Assembly (NCBI GenBank): GCA_034722055.1
Contig: JAYENL010000102.1
Span: 1 to 10,860 of the forward strand
DNA: 10,860 bases
Direction of reading: 5' to 3'
DNA from: Armatimonadota bacterium
GTDB taxonomy: Bacteria; Armatimonadota; Zipacnadia; Zipacnadales; UBA5352
Made by a program: the position numbers and the translations under genes. The notes beneath the pieces are model-generated. The model saw nothing but the letters and a program-made list of their open reading frames with translations. It made no database searches and was not told the DNA's origin. Positions within the stretch are counted from its first letter, which is position 1. Every line of letters starts with the position of its first letter. Below, one piece after another: positions 1 through 4,726 of this stretch.

Positions 1-177
1 AACCAGGGAGTGCCGCAGCTGACGGACGAGCAGATCAAGCGCCTGGACCAGATGTGCCCGGTCGCGGCGGATGTTGACCTGGGCACGCTGCTGGACCTGA
101 TCAAGGCTATGCTCGACGACCACGAGACGCGCATCGACGACCACGAGGCGCGCATCACCGCGCTGGAGACCCCGTGA
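1..177 (+). CDS. 3' part of a small virion protein with C-terminal heptad coiled coil (putative head fibre/decoration protein), probably 5'-truncated
   Basis: Frame 1 is open from base 1: NQGVPQLTDEQIKRLDQMCPVAADVDLGTLLDLIKAMLDDHETRIDDHEARITALETP, then TGA TGA (175-180). The DHExRI/RITALE heptads resemble trimeric phage fibre coils. It lies just upstream of the head-completion genes. Not in the ORF track. Confidence 0.7.
   Translation, partial: NQGVPQLTDEQIKRLDQMCPVAADVDLGTLLDLIKAMLDDHETRIDDHEARITALETP
113..156 (+). repeat. 21-bp tandem duplication (one coiled-coil heptad)
   Basis: CGACGACCACGAGACGCGCAT (114-134) and CGACGACCACGAGGCGCGCAT (135-155), 20/21 identical, encoding DDHETRI/DDHEARI. 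Confidence 0.9.
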
Positions 178-217
178 TGACCGCGGGCCTGAGTAATCAC
201 AACGAGGAGGGCCGAGC

Positions 218-631
218 ATGCCTACCATCAGGAGCGAGAGGTGGGCCGACGAGCAGGTATGGCTGGGCGATGGGCTGGTGCGCTTTGACGCCGACGGCAA
301 CGCGGTCGGTGTGATCAAGCGTGCTGGCCAGCAGATCAGCCCACCGGAGCCGGTTGGCCCGTCGCAGGTGGACGCGGCGCGGCAATCCGCCAGTTACACG
401 GTGGATGAGGCAGCGGACGAAGCTCCACCAGAGAGGCTGCCGGACGAGGACCAAGCCCCAGCCGAACCGGCCACGGCCGCGGAGCTGGCCGAGGCCAATA
501 TCGACCTCGACGATGCCAGCCGACAGGAGCTCTATCACTACGCGGTGGAGGAGCTGGGGCTGGAGATCGACTGGCAGCACGCGACGAAGGAGGCCCTTCG
601 CCAGGCTATCGAGGAGGCCCTGACGGGCTGA
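218..631 (+). CDS. Small phage head-region protein (137 aa) with acidic Pro/Ala linker and C-terminal HeH/Rho-N-like two-helix motif
   Basis: SD GAGGAGG at 204-210. N-terminal VRFDADGNA beta segment, low-complexity linker, and C-terminal LDDASRQELYHYAVEELGLEIDWQHATKEALRQAI, which fits the helix-extended-helix pattern. Confidence 0.8.
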   Translation: MPTIRSERWADEQVWLGDGLVRFDADGNAVGVIKRAGQQISPPEPVGPSQVDAARQSASYTVDEAADEAPPERLPDEDQAPAEPATAAELAEANIDLDDASRQELYHYAVEELGLEIDWQHATKEALRQAIEEALTG

Positions 632-650
632 GGACAGGAGGCGGCGGCGC

Positions 651-1424
651 ATGGCGGTCATCGAGCACAAGCACGTCCTGCGGCGGCTGGTGGGATTGGA
701 GCCGTACCTGGACCAGGTCCGCAGCATGCCTGACGTGGACCTCGACGAGCTGATCGACGAGAACATCGGCGCGGCCCAATCGCACTTCGAGCGCGAGCTG
801 GAGATGTGCCTGGAACGCACGGTCATCAAGCAGGACCCCGACGAGGGCGAGGTGGAGGGGGTGGATTACGACCTGCACGAGCCGCCGCTGGACTTCGAGC
901 GGCACAGCTTCCGCAGGCTGCCGCGCTTTCGCATGCGCCGCCGCCCCATCATCAGCGTGGACAGGATGGTGATGCGGTTTGCCGAGCACAGCTCCATCCC
1001 CACCTTCACCGTGCCGGAGTTCTGGATGCGGATACAGCACAACCTGGGGATCGTCAGCATCTTCCCCGTGCCAGGCGCCGGCATGGTCCTGACACAGGAG
1101 GGCTTCCCCTTCCTGCCGCTGCTGTTGGAGGGGGCGCCGTGGCCGGTGATCCCCCAGCTGATCCGCGTGAACTACACCGCCGGCTATCAATCGCCAGCCA
1201 CCGACCCGGAGCTGCGCGACCTGCGGCGGCACCTGGCGGCGGACGCCGCCTACATGACCATGCAGGACATCCGCGACCTGCTGCCCTCCAGCGTCTCCAT
1301 CGACGGCGCCAGTCAGCAGTTCGACGCGGTGATGCAGCGGCTGGAGAACCGGCGACAGGAGATCGACGACTTCTTCGACGAGTGGCGCGCCAAGCACCTG
1401 CCGGCCAAGATGCTGGTGATCTGA
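651..1424 (+). CDS. Head-to-tail adaptor (head completion protein), 257 aa
   Basis: SD AGGAGG at 636-641. Motifs AQSHFERELEM, RPIISVD, IPQLIRVNYTAGY and SVSIDGASQQF are typical of long gp6/gp15-like adaptors (YxAGY motif). Position fits. Confidence 0.8.
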   Translation: MAVIEHKHVLRRLVGLEPYLDQVRSMPDVDLDELIDENIGAAQSHFERELEMCLERTVIKQDPDEGEVEGVDYDLHEPPLDFERHSFRRLPRFRMRRRPIISVDRMVMRFAEHSSIPTFTVPEFWMRIQHNLGIVSIFPVPGAGMVLTQEGFPFLPLLLEGAPWPVIPQLIRVNYTAGYQSPATDPELRDLRRHLAADAAYMTMQDIRDLLPSSVSIDGASQQFDAVMQRLENRRQEIDDFFDEWRAKHLPAKMLVI

Positions 1425-1425
1425 C

Positions 1426-2061
1426 ATGCTCAACCCCGTCGCCTGCCAGCAGCTGATCAGCACGCAGGGCGAGCGCATACGCTGGCTTGAGGCCCTGCCC
1501 TGCGACTGCCGGGACCCCGGCGACCCTGACTATGGGGACCACCGCGGCTGCGCCAAATGCCAGTACGGCTACGTCTACCGCGAGCGCGTGCTAGGGCCGG
1601 ACGTGCGGGCGATGGTGACGCAGGTGCGACGGGAGTTCATCCACCGCGAGCTGGGGTTTCTGCAGGTGGGGGAGCTGCTCATTACCACTATGGCGGAGGA
1701 GATCCCGCTCGGCAACTGGGACCGGGTGGTGCTGGTGGAGCGGGCCATGCCGAAGAAGGAGATCGTCCGCTTCGGCGACGACGAGCTGGCGGAGGACTTC
1801 CCCACCGCCGTGCTGTCGGTGGCGGACGCGGACACGGAGTTCGTGCAGGCGCACGACTACCGCTTTGACGACGTGGGCGGGAAGATCGTCTGGCTGGGGC
1901 AGCGGACGCCGGCCGGCAGCATCTACACCGTGCACTACTATTATGCGCCGGTGTACTGGTACGTCGGCGCCCCAATGCAGACGGCCCGACCCATCCGCGG
2001 GCGGGCAATGCGCATGCCGCAGAGCGGCAAGCTGGAGATCAAGCACCCCGTGGAGGGCTGA
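1426..2061 (+). CDS. Head-closure/stopper-type neck protein with Zn-binding motif, 211 aa
   Basis: Coupled to the adaptor (TGACATG). GERIRWLEALPCDC...GCAKCQYGYVY (CxC...CxxC) and LGNWDRVVL resemble head-closure proteins that follow this adaptor type. Confidence 0.7.
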   Translation: MLNPVACQQLISTQGERIRWLEALPCDCRDPGDPDYGDHRGCAKCQYGYVYRERVLGPDVRAMVTQVRREFIHRELGFLQVGELLITTMAEEIPLGNWDRVVLVERAMPKKEIVRFGDDELAEDFPTAVLSVADADTEFVQAHDYRFDDVGGKIVWLGQRTPAGSIYTVHYYYAPVYWYVGAPMQTARPIRGRAMRMPQSGKLEIKHPVEG

Positions 2062-2063
2062 CG

Positions 2064-2885
2064 GTGGACCTGGCCCACTGGCGCTACATCGAGGCCACGC
2101 ATCCAGTGTACGATCGACCGGTTGATGTCGAACGGTGGGAGTTCGCGACCGCGGGCTTGGAGCCCGATGAGTACCAGGTCCCCGAGGAAGAGGAAGCCGA
2201 GGAGCTGCCCACCGGCCAGCCGTACCCGCAGCAGGAACCCCTGCACATGGATGTGGAGGGGATGCCGTCGCTGGACTGGTATCAGAAGGACGCCAGCGGC
2301 AACACCATCCTCACCATGCGGCTGAACAGCCCGTGGGTGGGGCGGATGGACCTGCGGGAACTGGTGGCCCAGGCGCGGGCCATGTTCGAGGCCTTCAAGC
2401 GGCTGAGCCGCGGCCCGCTGTCATACGACGACCTGGAGGCGCTGAGGCACCCGTACGGATACGGAATACCCGGCGAGCCGTTCAGCTGGGAGAGGTTGAC
2501 CCGCCCGCGCAAGGTGCCACGCTACCGGGTGACGCTGCTGGGGCGGCGGAGCCTGGGGCATATCCGCGGTATGCGCGGGAGCGTCCCCACCATGTCGGTG
2601 GTGAACATCCACACCGGCGAGTTCGAGCGCGCCTGGCGGTGGACGTACTCGATGCGGGGAGACGGCCTGACGCTGACTTTCTGGAATCAGCGGAAGTCAG
2701 AGCGTGGGGCGCCGGTTGCTTGGTTTCTCGCCCACGCCACCTATAAGATGCAGGCGCACGGCCCGTGGGAGGTCGTGCCCCGCCGCTACTGGCCGCGGAT
2801 CGTGGCTGCCTGGCGCACCGCCGCCCAACGGGCGGCGCTGGAGGCCAAAACACGAGCGGGGCTATATGGAAGGGAGGCAGTCTGA
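2064..2885 (+). CDS. Neck protein, HK97 gp10/Ne1-like, with N-terminal extension, 273 aa
   Basis: GTG start with GGAGG at 2052-2056. VNIHTGEFERAW resembles the xxTGxLxxS motif and APVAWFLAHATYKMQAHGP resembles YAxxLExGTxKMxxRP of HK97 gp10-like proteins. Third gene of the neck cluster. Confidence 0.6.
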   Translation: MDLAHWRYIEATHPVYDRPVDVERWEFATAGLEPDEYQVPEEEEAEELPTGQPYPQQEPLHMDVEGMPSLDWYQKDASGNTILTMRLNSPWVGRMDLRELVAQARAMFEAFKRLSRGPLSYDDLEALRHPYGYGIPGEPFSWERLTRPRKVPRYRVTLLGRRSLGHIRGMRGSVPTMSVVNIHTGEFERAWRWTYSMRGDGLTLTFWNQRKSERGAPVAWFLAHATYKMQAHGPWEVVPRRYWPRIVAAWRTAAQRAALEAKTRAGLYGREAV

Positions 2886-2886
2886 T

Positions 2887-3492
2887 ATGCCAGCGAACGT
2901 GGTGAAGACGAAGCGGGACGAGCACCTGTGGGAGAAGGCGGAGGCGGAGGCCCGCGAGGGCTACCCGGACGTCGACCAGGACAGCGATCGGTTCTGGTCG
3001 ATAGTCATGGGCATCTACAAGCGCATGGGGGGGAGCGTGGAGAAGGCACCCGGCCTGGGTCGCATGGGCGGCGACGCCGCAGGCGCTGGCCCGGGCGGAA
3101 CCTGCGTGTGCCCGAACTGCGGCTATGAGGAGCAGCACGAGCGGGCGGCACCATGCAACGAGCGGACCTGTCCCGAATGCGGCGCCACCATGACCCGCAC
3201 GTTGGAGAAATCCGCGCGACGCCCACTGCTGATCTTCGGCGAGGACAGCCCGGAACTGCGCGAGGCGTTGGCGAAGGCGGCTGACGACGACGGGAAGTGG
3301 ATCGCCGGCGCGATCAAGCGCCCTGGCGCGCTGACGGAGAAGGCCAAGGCCGCCGGCGCCATCACCGAAGATGGGACGATCTCGGTGGAGTGGCTGAAGG
3401 AGAAGTGCTACGGCGAGGACGTGGAGCCCACCACCAAGAAGCAGGCCTGCCTGGCGCTGACGCTGCGAGGCTTCAAGAAGGGTGGTAGCTGA
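2887..3492 (+). CDS. Three-module small protein (helical module + Cys/His Zn ribbon + basic KWI..AIK.PGAL module), putative internal virion polyprotein, 201 aa
   Basis: True start is ATG 2887 (GGGAGG at 2872-2877, TGATATG coupling), not 2704. Modules are about 2887-3030, 3082-3198 (GAGPGGTCVCPNCGYEEQHERAAPCNERTCPECGATMTR) and 3295-3480. Confidence 0.85.
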   Translation: MPANVVKTKRDEHLWEKAEAEAREGYPDVDQDSDRFWSIVMGIYKRMGGSVEKAPGLGRMGGDAAGAGPGGTCVCPNCGYEEQHERAAPCNERTCPECGATMTRTLEKSARRPLLIFGEDSPELREALAKAADDDGKWIAGAIKRPGALTEKAKAAGAITEDGTISVEWLKEKCYGEDVEPTTKKQACLALTLRGFKKGGS

Positions 3493-3493
3493 T

Positions 3494-3646
3494 ATGGGCC
3501 GACCACTGATCGTATCGAAGAACGTGCGGGTAGTGCTGGACGATCTGCTCAAGGCTGCCAAGCAGCTGTCGCTCTTTGAGGAGGCCGAACATCCGCGGCA
3601 CCCGGCAGGGTCGCCGAAGGGAGGCCAGTTCGCCCCGAAGGGTGGC
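3494..3646 (+). repeat. Copy 1 of duplicated 51-codon N-terminal header (copy 2 at 4574-4726)
   Basis: Ungapped alignment with 4574-4726; 33/51 aa identical by hand count. Shared DNA blocks include GAACGTGCGG, TCAAGGCnGCCAAGCAG and TCGCTCTTTGAGGA. Confidence 0.92.
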
Positions 3647-4567
3647 GCTTCTGATGCAGCAGGCACGCCGACAAAGCGCGGGCGGGAACCGGCGGAGTCT
3701 GAGACCAACCGCCCGTGGGAAGAGGCCACGGAGGAGGGCGAGAGGCGTAGAGGCAACCGCAACGACATCCTCGCGGTCCTGCAGGAGTACGGCAAGCCGA
3801 TGGGCCTGCAGCTGCTCCAGCAGCAGACCGGGCTAAGCACTCGGGCGTTGATGCCTGCTCTGCGAAGCCTGATAGTAGACGAGCTGGTGGAAGAGACCGG
3901 GAAGGGCATGTACGTCCTGCCCACAGAGCCCGGGGACGAGCCCCCCGCCGAGGACCGGACCGATCCGGTGCCGGTCAACGAGGAGGGCGAGGTCGATTAC
4001 AGCGGGGCCGAGCGGGGCGCGGCAGACCCCGACAACCTCACCCGCGACGAGGCCGCTGTGCTGGTGGCGCAGGCGGAGGATCCCCATTGGGACTGGCGGC
4101 ATATGGACGAGGTCGCCCGCGGCAACAGTCTGTGGCCCGCCCGCCGCCTGGTGAACGCCGGCCTGCTGGAACTCACACGGGGGGGCTATGAACTCACGCC
4201 GGCTGGCGAGGCCAAGCTCGATTACGCACGCCGGCGGCGCGAGCAACCGGACCAGTGGGAGCAGCTGCCCGCGGACGCGCCACGGCCCGGAGACGACTGG
4301 ACGCTCGATGACAGCTACCGCAAGGTGCCGCCGGCGGCCGCCTACGTGGATGGCCTGACGGGCGTGTGGGAGCGGACCCTCAAGGGGGGGGAGAAGTTCG
4401 AGCCTCGCTGGGTGGACCAGCTGGAGGAGATGATGCGACGCCTGTACACGCTGGGCTACAGCGACGATGACATCAAACACCTGGACTGGGAGGCCCAGGA
4501 GCAGTTCGAGCAGGCGCACGGCATGAACAAGGCCCCCCGGTCACTGCTGGTATTCGACGAGAGGTGA
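3494..4567 (+). CDS. Multi-domain protein: shared header (QLSLF, HPR...GGQF) + two winged-HTH-like domains + C-terminal helical domain, 357 aa
   Basis: ATG 3494 after a TGATATG junction (the track's 3482 start overlaps the previous gene). wHTH-like segments at 3758-3919 (ILAVLQEYGKPMGLQLLQQQTGLSTRALMPALRSLIVDELVEETGKGMYVL) and 4034-4225 (RRLVNAGLLELTRGGYELTPAG). Confidence 0.85.
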   Translation: MGRPLIVSKNVRVVLDDLLKAAKQLSLFEEAEHPRHPAGSPKGGQFAPKGGASDAAGTPTKRGREPAESETNRPWEEATEEGERRRGNRNDILAVLQEYGKPMGLQLLQQQTGLSTRALMPALRSLIVDELVEETGKGMYVLPTEPGDEPPAEDRTDPVPVNEEGEVDYSGAERGAADPDNLTRDEAAVLVAQAEDPHWDWRHMDEVARGNSLWPARRLVNAGLLELTRGGYELTPAGEAKLDYARRRREQPDQWEQLPADAPRPGDDWTLDDSYRKVPPAAAYVDGLTGVWERTLKGGEKFEPRWVDQLEEMMRRLYTLGYSDDDIKHLDWEAQEQFEQAHGMNKAPRSLLVFDER

Positions 4568-4573
4568 TCCCCT

Positions 4574-4726
4574 GTGGCACGACCACTATTGATACCGAGG
4601 AACGTGCGGCCGCTCCTCGAGACGCTGGTCAAGGCGGCCAAGCAGTTCTCGCTCTTTGAGGAATCAGAGCACCCCCGCTATCCCAAGGGGCACCCGCAGG
4701 CCGGGCAGTTCATGCCCAAGGGTGGT
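4574..4726 (+). repeat. Copy 2 of duplicated 51-codon N-terminal header
   Basis: MARPLLIPRNVRPLLETLVKAAKQFSLFEESEHPRYPKGHPQAGQFMPKGG versus MGRPLIVSKNVRVVLDDLLKAAKQLSLFEEAEHPRHPAGSPKGGQFAPKGG. Confidence 0.92.

Noticed and set aside
4382..4392. G-runs (AAGGGGGGGGA here; also near 3027-3033 and 4179-4185) as slippage sites
   Set aside because: The reading frames continue intact through them as Gly-Gly codons, and I saw no credible alternative-frame product.
4559..4576. ORFs 3494-4567 and 4574-6301 are in the same frame separated by one TGA (possible readthrough or recoded TGA)
   Set aside because: The TGA is part of a good SD (GAGAGGTGA) 6 nt before the GTG, and the second ORF starts with its own copy of the header. 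TGA is a genuine stop elsewhere in the window, so there is no evidence for recoding.
3494..4726. Duplicated header as a diversity-generating retroelement TR/VR pair or CRISPR-like repeat
   Set aside because: Differences are not adenine-specific, both copies are N-terminal coding sequence, there is no reverse transcriptase in the window, and there is no repeat-spacer periodicity.
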